Part shown: one piece after another, positions 1 to 13,559 of the stretch
Layout: every line of letters starts with the position of its first letter
Numbering within the stretch: the first letter of the stretch is position 1
DNA from: Rhizophagus irregularis
Lineage: Eukaryota
Assembly: GCF_026210795.1 (NCBI RefSeq)
Contig: NC_089435.1
Coordinates: 5,146,001 to 5,210,000, forward strand
DNA length: 64,000 bases
Direction of reading: 5' to 3'
Notes under the pieces: generated by a model
Seen by the model: the letters and a program-made list of their open reading frames with translations, nothing else
The model's database searches: none
Told to the model about the DNA's origin: nothing
Program-made: the position numbers and the translations under genes

Positions 1-1298
1 TAATAGTTATTTATAAAATGTAATTATATAAATATTTAATTGGTTAAATGTCACATATTGGAAAAAATCATTATAAAGTAAGTATAACTACTAACTGTAT
101 TTATTACTATTATTAAAAAGGTAAATTTTAGCAATACTCTTATTTGATTATAGATTTAAAGTATATTAATAATATATTCGTTGATTGGCTGTCATTTTAC
201 GTGGCATATGATAGTAATATTAAATAACGAAGTGCCGCAGTGGAACAATGACAGCCAACCTTGACCTGCTTTCCTAGGAGCCTAACAAGATCATGATAAA
301 TTAGGCGATCGCATCAATATTAAAGCAAACTTGGGAAATTTACAAGGAGAACTGGTCTAATTAAATGACGTAAACATGCCGAATATGAGCAAAATGATTA
401 TCCTAAGAAATATAATGAAATATAGAATATCATAGTTTTTTTCATTTTACTTACAATATTACGCCGCCATTATCTCACTAGTAGCTAGCATATATTTAAC
501 ATGCGTATCGTGTTCAAGTATTATTGGACGACATGTTTACCATTATCATTCAAAAACTATTATTCATTGCGCATGCATGTTGCAGCATATTTTGCATATT
601 GTCAAAAAAAGACATTGGTGATATTTAAGAGCTGATTAGGCTTTCAGTTGTTAACCTCAAATGGGAAAAATACATCGAGTTGATTGTCTTAGCGTTAGAA
701 TTCTTTTAATATTTTCTCGAATAAATTTTAATAGATTTTTTTTTAAAAATGTTTGTTTTGTATGAAACCAAAATTAGACATTTTTTTAAATTTACATATA
801 TTTGATTGTTTGGAAATTCAAACACCTTCAGTATTACAGTGATAATGCATAAAAAATGGCAACAGAGGAAAATCTTGTATCACAAATAATATAAACGCCA
901 GACCATTTTTTCTCTCTTAGAATGATTTTTTTTTCCACATTCAATTAATTTTTTCGAAAAAAAAAAATTTAATTTTTTTTTAAACCAGAGACAAACATTT
1001 TTTTTTTTTCATTTTCGCCTTAAAATTTTATATATTATTAAAAATAATAATTAAATTTATAAGTCCCTTCTTTATTTGTTTATAAACAAAAGAAACCCAT
1101 TCCAAACGATAATAAACTTTTTTCCTCACGATTATAAATAATTATCTCTGGATCTTTTTTTTTTTTTACGACGATTAACAATAATATTTTTTTTTTAAAA
1201 AAAAACAATTATTGTTATAATTTTTTTGTGCGTCTTGTTTATTGTGATACATTTTATTAGATACAAATTTATAATTTGTTAACTATAAGTTCATAAGA

Positions 1299-2610
1299 AT
1301 GGCGACACAACCACAACTTCCTCCAGAAGTTCTCAAAAATATATTCCAAAAAATATATGGAAATAGAGGATGTTATCGTAGTGATAAAAATCTTAATGAT
1401 TTATATTCTTGTTTATTAGTTAACAAAAGATGGTGCGTAAATGTAGTACCGATTTTGTGGTCAGCAGTATTTTATCCGATTCAAACGATTCGTATAGGCG
1501 TAATTACGACGTATTTATCATGTCTTAGTTTAGAAAAACGGAAAATACTACAAAATCAAGCGGGAATTAATATACCTACAAATTATGATAAAACAACATT
1601 TCGATATGCAACATATTTAACGGAATTAAATTTTGAAAAATTTCTTAAAACCATATTTTTATGGAGTAAGAAAAATCGTAAACCTTATCGAAATACAAAA
1701 AGAAATGAGATAATAGTTCAATATTTATTAGAATTATTTTCATCAAATTGCGCCAAAATAAAATATTTTGCAATGAACAATGTCCCGAATTATCTTTTGA
1801 ATGATGATTATTTTAATAATTTAAAAACAATAGATTTTAAATTATTAAGAGAACCGAATATAAGAAATTGTTTATCTAACGTGAAAGAATTAAGATTGGA
1901 ATGGGATGCTTTAGCGTTAGATGGATTTTTAAATTCTATTGGATATACTTGTCGTTCTTTGGTAAGAAATAAAAATAATTTACTATATTATGATATAATA
2001 ATAATAATTAATAATAATTAATAATAATTTTTTACATTTATAGGAAGTATTAGATACAAATTTTGCTCATGATCCAGAATTTTCAAATTTATTTATTAAT
2101 AAACAACAAGCAGAAGAATTAGCCATGTTAATATCATCACAATCCAATTTACAAAAATTTATTTTACAAGATTATCGATATTACACACATTTTTTCATTA
2201 ATTCTTTATATACACAAACACATTCTTTAAAAGAGATAGAATTTTATTCAGTAGATTTTCTTGGATGTGTTTCATTCGAAGTTTTTAAACATTGTTCTTT
2301 AATTACTAATATAACATTTGAAGATTGTGAAAATATTACATTAGATATGGCCAAACCTTTATTTAATTCACCACTTCCTAATCTTAAAAATGTACATGTT
2401 TATAATAATCCTGATCATCCCATTTGTGAAGATTTAGTTTTATGGGCTGATAAAAAGAATTTTAAGGGGAAATGGTGGGAAATTAAAATTACTACGAAAA
2501 AAATCAAATATTCTTTTTCAATCATTATTATTTGTTTGTATTTTACACCTCTTATAGTTAATATAGTTAAAATTTTATTTAAGATTTTATTAGCTAATTT
2601 GATTTACTGA
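1299..2610 (+). CDS. F-box/LRR (RNI-like) protein, 2 exons (1299-1961, 2044-2610)
   Basis: F-box motif LPPEVLKNIF...LYSCLLVNKRWC..VVPILW. A phase-0 GT-AG intron at 1962-2043 joins the two track ORFs in frame. C-terminal half is LRR-like. Confidence 0.85.
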
Positions 2611-3401
2611 ATAAAAATGATCTTTTTTTTTTTTTTTGATTTTAAGAATTTACGGTTAGTCGGATAGATTTTTATCGCATGTAAAAAATGTAAAAAAAAT
2701 GGCTTAGTTAAAAAGCGTAAAATATCGGATAAAAAGTCTTAAAATTATAAAAAAAATATTTATTAAGAGAGATATTGATGACATTTGATGCTTTAAGCCA
2801 TGATCGAGAACTAAAGTTATATTCGAGGCTGTTGTCATCTTACATATACGAAGAACTTTCTTTTAAGAAAATCTACGGTATAGATCATAAGTATTATTCT
2901 TATTTATTTATTATAATTATATGTATCACATCTTTGATCAATTTTCTACGTTAAAAATTATGTTATTTGTCACCATTATATATAGCACACAGTCGATTCT
3001 ACCACGCACAGCCAAATTTATCTGGAATGAGATTAGCTTAGTTTATTTTTATCGTAACTAATCAAAACATTAAGCCACAATATTTTAGCCATTATCAAAC
3101 AATAGATTTTAATATCGAATGATCACGTGCTATAAACAGCACAGCCGGGAATATTAATATCGGGTATAAAGCCATTTATATGAAGCCACAGATAAAAAGG
3201 TTCAAAAGATCGTTAAAAGTTTGAAGTCGATCGGTTAATCCTAAGCCTCGATCATTTCATTATGATCAATCATGAATCGTTATAATATTATGATCCCACA
3301 AAGGAAATTTACTTTATATATAAATATATCTTTTACCGCATTTAAAATTCAAAGGTTTATATTTTCTTTTTTCTTTTTTTTAACAGAATCGTTAACTCAT
3401 A

Positions 3402-3925
3402 ATGAGAAAACACAATCTGATCGTTCTTATAGCAATAGTTATAATTCTTTGTTTAACTACTTTATCAAATGGCTCCGTTATTAAATCGAATCGTACGTTT
3501 TTTTTTCTTTAAATCCTTCGAAACTTTTTTTAATCTGAATCAGTTTATAAGGTTTCATTTTTTTAATTATTAGTTGTAAAACGTAAACAAGATACTCCAT
3601 ATACGGAAGGTGGAGGTTTATATGATTATAAAAACAAGAAACATAAGAAAAAGAAACATAAGAATAAGAATTACAGTCGTCACTTTATAAACAAACGTGA
3701 TGATGATGTTCCAGAGCCTGATTTAGGTGAAGTTAGCGTTGGACAAGAAGAAAAAGCAAATTGTCAGTATTTATTTTTCAAACAATTTTATCTGTTAATT
3801 ACGAGAATTATTATTAAAAACAATAATCTTTTTCTTAAATAGTACAAAAAAGACAAACACCTCCCGTGTCAACTGGACACGTAGATGCCAGTAAAACAAA
3901 TCCCGGTCAATCGGGTAATCCGTAA
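3402..3925 (+). CDS. Small secreted precursor protein, ~120 aa, 3 exons (3402-3492, 3574-3762, 3843-3925)
   Basis: Manual translation: MRKHNLIVLIAIVIILCLTTLSNG-SVIKSNLVKR-KQDTPYTEGGGLYDYKNKKHKKKKHKNKNYSRHFINKR-DDDVPEPDLGEVSVGQEEKANLQKR-QTPPVSTGHVDASKTNPGQSGNP*. Two ~80-nt phase-1 GT-AG introns keep the frame open. The N-terminus is hydrophobic like a signal peptide. Confidence 0.75.
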
Positions 3926-4875
3926 AATTTTCATTTTTTTTTTTATTTTTCATTTATTTACGTTAAAACTCGTATGACGTATATTCTCGATTTTCGTTTT
4001 ATTTTTATTTTTCCTGGTCGTTATTTCGAATTTATTCGTCGTATTTTCATTCGTATTTATTATTATATTTTCGTATATTTTATAATTTCTTGCTTTTTTC
4101 GCCGTATTTTATTACAAAATTTCCTTTATTTTGTTCGTTCTTTTATAGAAAAGTATAATGATTTAAGTTCAATTTCGTTTTTTTTTTCCCTATTAACTTT
4201 TATAAATTAAATTGAATGTTCTTTTATCTTTATTAAATCTTAAATCCTCTCTTTAGTCCTTTAAAGTCCTATTCATTCCCAAAATCAAAAAAAAAATTTC
4301 ACTTCCCTGTCCCTTTGTTCTCTCCAAAATCCTATAATTTACGGATTTCTCTTTTATTTTATTTTATTTTTTCTTTATTCTCTCTTATAAATTTATTTAT
4401 ATATTTTATTATATTGGGTTTTTTTTTCTTATTTTTTTTTATTCTGGTTTTTATTATAAAAATAAAAAAATTTTTTATTATTGGTACATTGCGTGATCGT
4501 TTCACCGAATATATATTGTAACAACATGATTAAATAAATAACACGAAAAAAAAAAATCGGTACTTCGTTATTGTCCCTTTTAGATTTTCTTAATTATTTA
4601 TTAATTATTTTACATAATCTTGATTTTTACTTACATCATAAACTTAAAATTACATCATAAACTTAAATTTAAAACTTGACCATATTTACTATAAATGCAA
4701 AAAAAAAGAGATCTAAAAAAAAAAAAGATCGTCTTTGAAGCGTATGTGTATTATTTTTTTTTTCTTACTATAATTAATAATTTATATATACAGTATATAG
4801 GGCAAACGTAGCATATGATATATATATATATAATCTTTTTTTTTTATAAAAAAAAAATTTTTCTTAGCTTAAATT

Positions 4876-5739
4876 TCACCCACCCAAAATAGAAGGATAA
4901 TAAACTTCATATTCTTCACATTCATTAAAGAGTGTCGAGAAGCCGAAAGAATCATATTCAAAATCGTTATTAATGTCGATAGGAATGTCAACCGCAACAT
5001 TAAATGTATCAATGATTTGTTCCCCAATAATTAATTCTTGGTTAAGAGGTTGTTGAGGAATATAATTAATAAAATTATTGAAATTATTGAAATTATTGAA
5101 ATTATTGAAATTATCGATATCATTGACTTGTTGCGGTTGTTGTTGTGCGGAATTTGTGATAGAAGGACTAATTGTTGAATCATCAAGGGAACTGTATCTA
5201 TCTTCGATCTTTGAACAGATATCGTAAGGAATATGAAAACTTATTGGAGGAATACCAGTGCTTGATGATGGATTTTCTTTAATTTCCACCTTTTTCTTTT
5301 TCGACCTCGTTTTATTATTGGTAACTGAGGAGGTTGGAGGTGGAAATGAAACTATATTCCATTTTTGTCTTCTTTTTTTATTTAATTTTGGAACTAATTT
5401 ATTCCTTATTGCATTGGCTTCCTTGGCTAACCTTTTATAATGTTCTTTGACCTCCCCTGGTTCCAAGTCCCAAGATCTAGAAGCCATTGAAGATACAACT
5501 GTCATTGGTAGGTGGTATCCGTCCTTCCTTGCGGCTTCAACGAATGCTTTCCTGTAAATGATAAAAGCATTCGGACTCCTCCCCGAACTTCTACTAGATT
5601 CACTAAATGTTTGCTTCGTTATCAACTCTCTTAAGTTGATATTCGGCGGGAACTTTGGTTTAATACAAGAAATCGTATTAATTAATTTATTTCGAACCTT
5701 TGGATTCGAATTAATAAAGACACAAGCACGTGATGTCAT
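4876..5739 (-). CDS. MATA_HMG-box transcription factor
   Basis: HMG-box motif RSPNAFIIYRK...MTVVSSMASRSW..EPGEVKEHYKRLAKEA. Single exon with a low-complexity Q/N tail that includes NNF repeats. Confidence 0.9.
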   Translation of the reverse strand: MTSRACVFINSNPKVRNKLINTISCIKPKFPPNINLRELITKQTFSESSRSSGRSPNAFIIYRKAFVEAARKDGYHLPMTVVSSMASRSWDLEPGEVKEHYKRLAKEANAIRNKLVPKLNKKRRQKWNIVSFPPPTSSVTNNKTRSKKKKVEIKENPSSSTGIPPISFHIPYDICSKIEDRYSSLDDSTISPSITNSAQQQPQQVNDIDNFNNFNNFNNFNNFINYIPQQPLNQELIIGEQIIDTFNVAVDIPIDINNDFEYDSFGFSTLFNECEEYEVYYPSILGG

Positions 5740-7781
5740 AATTTGTGAAATGATGATGATGATGTAATCCTTGCTAACAATGAAAATTAAAAAAAAATCT
5801 TAATTTTTAATTATGGAATTATCATGTGCTTGAACTTTGCTTATAATGGGATTGGAAGGTAAGGAAAAAAAGAGAGAAAATGGTTTCAGAAGGGTATTTA
5901 TTCAATTTCATTTTTTTTTCTCTGATTAAAGTTAAAAGGAAATAATATTCTATGCAATTAAAAAAAAAAACGATCATCGATCAAGCCAACAATGGTTTCT
6001 TTTGAAAAAGACTTTTCTCGTGAAAAAAAAACTATTCTTACTGTGTATAGCAGGATTTTACTTAATACAATTGCCATAAAAGTATTCTCACTTTATTCGA
6101 TTTGTTACCATTATAAGAAATATTCGGTGTAATTATCATATGCACCCATTTAGATCAATCGAAAATTTTTCAATGACAAATGAAATGAAATTGCATTAAC
6201 GAACCGTTATAATCCAATTATGGAAATTTTTTTTTCTTACGGTCACGTAAAATTATTCTGCCGCAGTCAATCATTTATCATTTTGGTGAGAAATAAAATG
6301 GATGTACTTTAATGATTTCTCATTAATCTTTATTTATTTCTTCTAAATAATTTAGGTAAAATATATTTCAAAATCATAGGAAATGTAATTTATTATAATA
6401 AATATTTTATTTAATCATTAAAAATTATTTAAAATTAAAATTCAGACATTAAGACGTTGGGAATTTCCTTCAAATTTATAATATTTAAAGTATATTGCCT
6501 TATGCGATTGTTTTCTAAATATTTATTGCCATGTACGTTATAACGTCATACTGCAACGTTACTACTTTTGTTATAAAAAATAAAATTTCTGGTTTATGCC
6601 ACATGATTATTCCATTTTTTCATCCCACGTGAATGCTAATCAAGTAAATATATTTTATTTTACCGTTCACAAATATATTTTTTTAAAAGTGTCAGTTTCT
6701 AAAATCGTCAAAAAATATTTAAGATCTACTATTGTTTTTCACATACAGTAATACACAAAAAAGTTGGTCAAAAAACAAGCAACAAAATTTCACATGAAAT
6801 TTTGCTCTTGGTATAACTACAGATTTCTTAATTTATAATGTCTTGAAAATTTCAAAATATTTTACTTAATTAATGATACTTTTAAAAATTATTACTAAAA
6901 ACATTATTGTCAGTAATAATGAAAATTAATTAATTTTAAAAATTGTTTGTTATCAAAAAACGTTATTATCTGCAACTTATTTGATAAATCAATAAATAAG
7001 TTGACACTATATACAATTTGATTACCAAAACAATAATTTTTATTTTATTGAAATGATAAAAAAGGTACAAGATAAAATATATCTATATTGTGATTTGATA
7101 AAACTTGATTTATTATTTAATGAAAATTTATTATTAAATGTATTATAAGAATTATAAGATGTATTGGAAATTTGTAATATACTGCAAAATATAATTAAGG
7201 GTTATGAAAAGACTGAAGTAACACTACATAACTAAAATAATAAAATTAATTTTTAATAAACACAAATTTATAAATCTTATATATTTATAAATTTACCAGA
7301 AGTCCAGAATTTGTAGTAAAATTAATTATCAAAATTTTAGATAAAAAAGACTTCTAATTCTTTTGTTTTTACTTTATATTTTGATTATATAAACAAAATA
7401 TTATACCCAAGAAAGTTTTTAAATGAGCTGTTAACTATCATTATTCTTAAATAATATATATAAAAAGTATTGTTTTCTTTAATTGCTTCTTTCTTTTTAA
7501 ATATATTGATATTTTTATTAATTTAATTTATATAGTATTTAAAATTAACTTTATTTTCAATATTATTTTCAATTATCACCATTTTCAAAATGGTGCGATC
7601 TTTAACTATATGACTCCATATAAAAAATTTGCATATTTATTTTTGCAAACTTTTCTAAAGTTTATGTGAATTTCTTTCATAGTTATGAAATACAAGTTCT
7701 CTATTTACAGTCAACTTTCTATTAATGTACTACTTATAAGTGCATTTTCTTTTTAAATGCACACTTTGATTTAGTCCCAAG

Positions 7782-8744
7782 GGGATCCGTCCAAAATCGC
7801 GAAATCCAGAATCCCGACACCACATAATCCCGATCTACAAAATCGCGAAACTACAAAATCCCGACTTGGACAAAATATCGACTAGTTCAAAATCCCGAAA
7901 TATAAAATCTTGACAGTTCAAAATCTTGACAGATTAGATACTATTAATAATTTGTTTCAATCTGTCTTTTGCAAAATAATTTAATAGAATATTTAGATTA
8001 TTTATATTATTTACAGTATATATATTATTGAGTAAAAATTATTTGGAAATCTTTTATTCTTTAGACATTAAAATAAGTAAATTGCGCAAAATATTGTATA
8101 TCATTTATTTTATTTATTAATTGTTGTAATTTATAAAAGAACTAGATAAAAGAACTAGATTTTTGTAAATTTACTTATAATGTATGACTTATAATGTAAG
8201 ATTATGGGCATGCCACGAAGATACTCCATCACTGAACGGTTTTCTTTATCGCTGATGATCGTCGTGATTCTTTTTTCTCTGTCAATTAAAATAAATATTT
8301 ATAATTACGCGTAAATCAAATTTGTCAAATAATAATATGCAACGCGCAATTTGTTAATCAGAATGATTACATAACCATAAAAAAAATTTTCATATGAATT
8401 TTCAATATGCTATGTTTCACGAATAGAGGGAAACGTAGAAACATGGAATATTAACTAATTTGTATGTACATTAAATGATTTACACAATATACTTTAAATA
8501 ATCAATTATGCAATTTTATTGATTTATTTGTTCTTTAACTATAATAGTAAATATATGTTTGTACAATTGTAACAATTCTATTAATTACAATCTATAAAAT
8601 TTTTATTGTATTAGACGATTTTGTATTTTGGGATTTTGAACTAGTCGATATTTTGTCCTAGTCAGGATTTTGTAGTTTCGCGATTTTGTAGATCGGGATT
8701 ATGTTGTATCGGTCTTTTGTTTGTCGGTCTTTTGACCCATAACC
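7782..8744. mobile_element. Non-autonomous TIR element (MULE-like)
   Basis: ~130-bp inverted repeats built from AAAATCCCGA-type subrepeats, GG..CC termini, flanked by gtcccaag/gtcccgag (8-bp TSD, 1 mismatch). Confidence 0.7.
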
Positions 8745-8935
8745 GTCCCGAGTATATATAACCTCTAATTATTTACTCTATATATATAAATGCACACCCT
8801 TTGTAATCACATGCTTTTATCCTTCTTGAAATGAATTTTCACAAATTTACAAATTTTTAAATTATTAAATTTAAGTAACAAATATTCCTTCAAATCAAAT
8901 TATATTAACTCTTACTAAAATAATTTTAGATTGAA

Positions 8936-9225
8936 ATGGGAAAAAATTTAAGTGAAGATTTAAGATGGTAAATTATTTACTATCAGGTTAAAGCTTTTAT
9001 ACAGAAAGAAATTGCTAAAAAAATGTATGTTAACGAAGCTACTATCAATAAAGTCTGTAGAATTTTAAAAAGTGAGAATGTGTAAGAGATCTATTTGTTA
9101 GTAGAGTAGAAAGAAGAAAAATATTTACAAGATTAAATATGTTAGTAAAAACTTATAATTGACCTTTTGTTAAATAACATTAATTATTTAATAATTATAG
9201 TATAGGTTTTAGAAGGATTAGTAAT
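8936..9225 (+). pseudogene. Decayed 5' fragment of IS630/Tc1 transposase, paralog of 31033-32157
   Basis: atgggaaaaaatttaagtgaagatttaagatggtaa... aligns by eye with MVKSLSEDLRWR..EIAKRMYVSEATVNKVCRIF, but carries stops and indels. Confidence 0.8.
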
Positions 9226-9850
9226 GTTATTTTTAACAGTAAAATGCAAATAATTTATTATTCATTTTTAAAAATTTGACATATACAAATTTTACAACGT
9301 TTTCTTCTCTATTAAATTTAATAAGACAAATTTAATAAATCATATTTTATCTTTCTAAGGTACATTGTATCTATTATTTTCATGTCTCTAGGATTAATGA
9401 ATTAAAAGTTATTTGCATTTTACTATTTTTAGACACTCAATAATAACTTCTAATTTATTAAATTTACAGACTTGAAAATACAGCGGTTAGATGCATCTCA
9501 ATTAGACAAATCTAATAAATCATAAATCATTAAATTCTAATTACTGAACGTCAAAATAATGTAATTTAATGATTATTTTTTAAAAGTGCTCAATTACTTT
9601 TAGCAAATGGGTGTAGATATAATTAATAGATTTATTGATCAGAAGAAAAAACCAATAAATATACAAATAATGAAAATAAAAATATACAGATTTTAGATTC
9701 TCTGTGATTCAGAAATAACATAGTTATCTACCAAACAAGTATATTAAATCAGTAATTGAATTTAATTTATATTATGTTAATACAAAGAATAGTGTAATAA
9801 ATCTATTTGATTCTAATCCATATGTTAGTGAAATACAAAATTAGCATCTA

Positions 9851-12800
9851 CACTGGTCGAAATCAAAACTTTCGACTGTTAAAAGCTTTTGGCATAATTT
9901 TTGCCGATTGGTCATGTGATTCGTCACATTTTTTGACCAATGGCAAAAATCGGTAAAATCAATCACAAATCAACTGATACTGATTGTTAAATAAATACTT
10001 GTTCAGTCTTTTGGTGAAAAATCAACTTATACCGATTGTTATACGAAAAATTGTTCCTTTAAGATCATTTAGTAAAATTATACCGATTGGTCATATAAAT
10101 TAACACAATTTTGCCAAATTTGCCAAACGGTAAAAATCAATAACTAATTGGCAATAATTCGGCAAATCAGTTGGTAAATGACTGAAATCATCAGATGATC
10201 CAGATCGACATTTTACAGGTCTTTTTAAACAAACTTTTTTAAACTTTTTAAACTTTTCATTTCCTTCCTTCCTTCTCTTTGTCCTTTTCCCTTCCCTTTC
10301 TTACACCTTAGTTCTTTACATTGAATTCAGTAACTTTTTATTAAATCAAAAAAGTTTTGAAATTTTCTTTAAAAAAAACATTTTTTAACGTTAAAAAATG
10401 TTTCTTTTTTATACTTTGTGAAAAAAATCAGTTTCAGCGTGGATACTGTTTCCCTAAGTAAAGTTTTAAAAGATTTTTGAAACTTTCTTATAAAAAAACG
10501 TTTTTTAACAACAAAAAAACATTTTTTTGATATTTTTTTTTTGCAGAAAATCAGTTCCGGCGTGGATACCGTTTCTTAGGTAAAGTTTTAAAGGATTTTT
10601 GAAACTTTCTTCAAAAAATACGTTTTTATACTAAAAAACATCTTTTTTATTGTATTTTTTGTTTAGGGAATTGGTTCCAGTGTGGATACCATTTTCCAGG
10701 TAAAGTTTTGAAAGATTTTCAAAATTTTCTTATAAAAAAAACATTTTTTTAATATTTTTTTGCAGGAAATCAGTTCTAGCGTGGATACCGTTTTCCAGGT
10801 AAAGTTTCAAAGGATTTTTGAAACTTTCTTCAAAAAATACATTTTTATAATAAAAAACGTCTTTTTTATTGTATTTTTTGTTTAAGGAATTGGTTCCGGC
10901 ATGGATACTATTTCCCAGGTAAAGTTTTAAAAGATTTTTGAAACTTTCTTATAAAAAAAATGTTTTTTAACAGTAAAAAATGTTTTTTTATTTATTTTTG
11001 TAGAAAATCAGTTCCGGCATGGATACCGTTTCCTTAGGTGAAATTTCGAAGGATTTTCAAAACTTTCTTAAAAAAAAAAATGTTTTATAACTAAAAAACG
11101 TTTTTTTAAATATTTTTTTGTTTAGGGAATTGGTTCTAGCGTGGATACCATTTCCCTAGGTAAAGTTTCAAAAAATTTCGAACCTTTTTTAAAAAAAATG
11201 TTTTTTTAACTAAAAAACATTTTTTTTTATTTTTTTTTGCAAAGAAAATCAGTTCTGGCGTGGATACCGAATCCCAAAAATAAGTTTCGAAAAAAGAATT
11301 TTGAAACTTTCTTTAATAAAAACGTTTTTATACTAAAAACGTTTTTTTTTATTATTTTTTATATAGGATATCGGTTTCAGCGTAGATACCGAATCCCAAA
11401 GTTAAGTTTTGAAAATTTTCGAAACTTTAATATAAAAACGTTAATTTTTAATGTTTTTTTTTTATTTTTTTGTAGGGATATCAGTTTCAGCATGGATACT
11501 GAATCCCAAAGGTAAGTTTTGAAAAAAAAATTCGAAACTTTATAAAAAAAACGTTTATAACATTTTTTTTATTTTTTTATATAAGAATTCGGCTCTAACA
11601 TGGATGCCGATATTCTAGGTAAGTTTTGAAATAAATGTTTCAAAACTTTTTTAAAAACGTTTTTTAATAAAAAAAAATGTTTTTTTTTTATTTTTTGTAA
11701 TAGGAAATCGGTTCCAGCGTGGATACTGATATTTCAGGTAAGTTTCAAAACAAATGTTTTGAAACTTTTTTAAAAACGTTTTTTAATAAAAAAACGTTTT
11801 TTATTTATACTTTAATATAGGAAATCGGCTCCAACATGGATGCTGATATTCCAGGTAAGTTTCAAAACTAAAAGTTTTGAAACTTCTTTAAAAAAAAATG
11901 TTTATTTTAACGTTTTTTTATATTTAATTATAGGGATATTAGTTCCGGCGTGGATACCGAATCCCAAAAATAAGTTTCGAACAATTTCAAAACTTTAATA
12001 AAAAAACATTAATTTTAACATTTTTTTATTTTTTTTTGTAGGGATATCAGTTCCGGTGTAGATACTGAATTCCATTGGTTAGTTTTGAAAAAGAATTTGA
12101 AACTATTTAAAAAAAAAACATTTATTAACATTTTTTTTTTATTATTTTATTGTAGGGAAACGGTTCTGACTTGGATATCGAATCCCATTAGTTAGTTTCA
12201 AAAAAAAATTCGAAACTATTAAAAAAATGGTATATTAACGTTTTTTATTATTTTCTTTTGTAGGGAATCAGTTCTACCGTTTACTTAGGTAATGAGATAA
12301 TGTTTTAATAGATTTTCAAAACTTACTTAAAAAAAATGTTTTTAGCTAAAAAATGATTTTTTTATATTTTTTTTTATAGAAAATCAGTTCTGGTGTAGAT
12401 ACTGATATTCCAGGTAAAGTTTTGAAAAAATTTTGAAACTTCATTTTTTTTATTAAAAGAAATGGTTGACCAACCATTTCTTTACTTTTTTTGTAGGTTT
12501 CCCCTTCAGATTTTATCAGATCGGGTAAATTTCTTTCAAACCCAATTTTTTTATTTAAAAAATGAGTTATTGGCCGTTTCCTCCTTTTTTTAGTAGTTTT
12601 CTTCAGACTTTTATCAGGTTAGGTGAGGATTATGGGTGGATGATGGATGGTGGATGGTAAATGGTGTATATAAATGATAGATAGATAATAATTTAATATG
12701 CAATTTTTAATAAAATGAATTAATAAAATTTAATCAATAAATTGTTATTATAAAAATTAAAATCAGCTAAATGTACAAAAATCAGTAATAATTATTAGGT

Positions 12801-13003
12801 TTATTAACAATCGTCAATTTGATTTTACCGATTTGTTGCCAATTTTACTGATCAATTTGTTGACAAGTAGCAGGCGTTACGGTGCAAATTGTTTATAAAA
12901 TTAGTTGCTGATTTTTTTGGTATTGATTGGCTAAGGTCAGACTAAATTTCATCCAACATTTGGCAATTTAAAATTTTGCTGAAATGGACTATTCCGACCA
13001 GTG
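9851..13003 (+). mobile_element. Non-autonomous CMC/EnSpm (CACTG) element carrying a hairpin micro-exon array
   Basis: TIRs CACTGGTCGAAAT / ATTCCGACCAGTG with a 3-bp TSD cta (9848-9850, 13004-13006). No transposase ORF. Confidence 0.85.
10420..12420 (+). repeat. Tandem array of ~18 units (~100-125 bp): 32-36-nt GC-rich hairpin plus intron-like AT-rich spacer
   Basis: Core (G)GAAATCGGTTCCGGCGTGGATACCGTTTCC, usually preceded by poly-T..YAG and followed by GTAAG/GTAAAG/GTTAG. Confidence 0.9.
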
Positions 13004-13559
13004 CTATTCCTTTTAGTGTAAGAAAAAAAAGTTTATATATGTAAAATTTGTAAATAAAAAGATCATAATGTTTAAAAAAAATGAAATAAAATTAGTAAGA
13101 AACAAAATGCAGAACACAACTTATTAATAAGTATATAGAAATATATTATTTCAGTAATAGAGTAACAGTTGTCTTATATATAATTTATTTTTTATTTATT
13201 TTTTATTTCTGAAAGAGTAGTAGATCTAAGACTATTACAAATAAAAATAAAAGTAGATGGCATTTTCATGCAAAATAATTAATATGCATATATAAAACTA
13301 ACTTCATCCCCTACCTCACTTTTCAGTTGAAACTATTTGAAAAAATAGAACTATGCTAATTAATCGAATAGTGTTTTATATATAGTATAGGACAAAAAAA
13401 AATGAAAATAGTGATCATGTGAGTAAATAATCTACATAGCCAAAAATAAACTAAATTTATACCAATTAAATATATAATAAATCTTATATCTGTGACTACA
13501 TTTGACTGTCTTTGTGTCTATTAACACCTTTAATTATTTTCATGAAAAATTCTAAAACA

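Noticed and set aside
3272..4521. Short hydrophobic ORFs at 3272, 3974 and 4315
   Set aside because: T-rich UTR or intergenic sequence. The supported gene here is the spliced 3402-3925 model in another frame.
4876..5739. HMG gene as a mating-type locus
   Set aside because: MATA-HMG genes are highly expanded in this fungal group, and no diagnostic flanking genes are visible.
6950..7560. Possible decayed coding sequence
   Set aside because: Too degenerate to assign any motif.
10420..12420. CRISPR-like repeat/spacer appearance
   Set aside because: The context is eukaryotic, no cas genes are present, and the spacers are homologous, AT-rich and intron-like, not unique.
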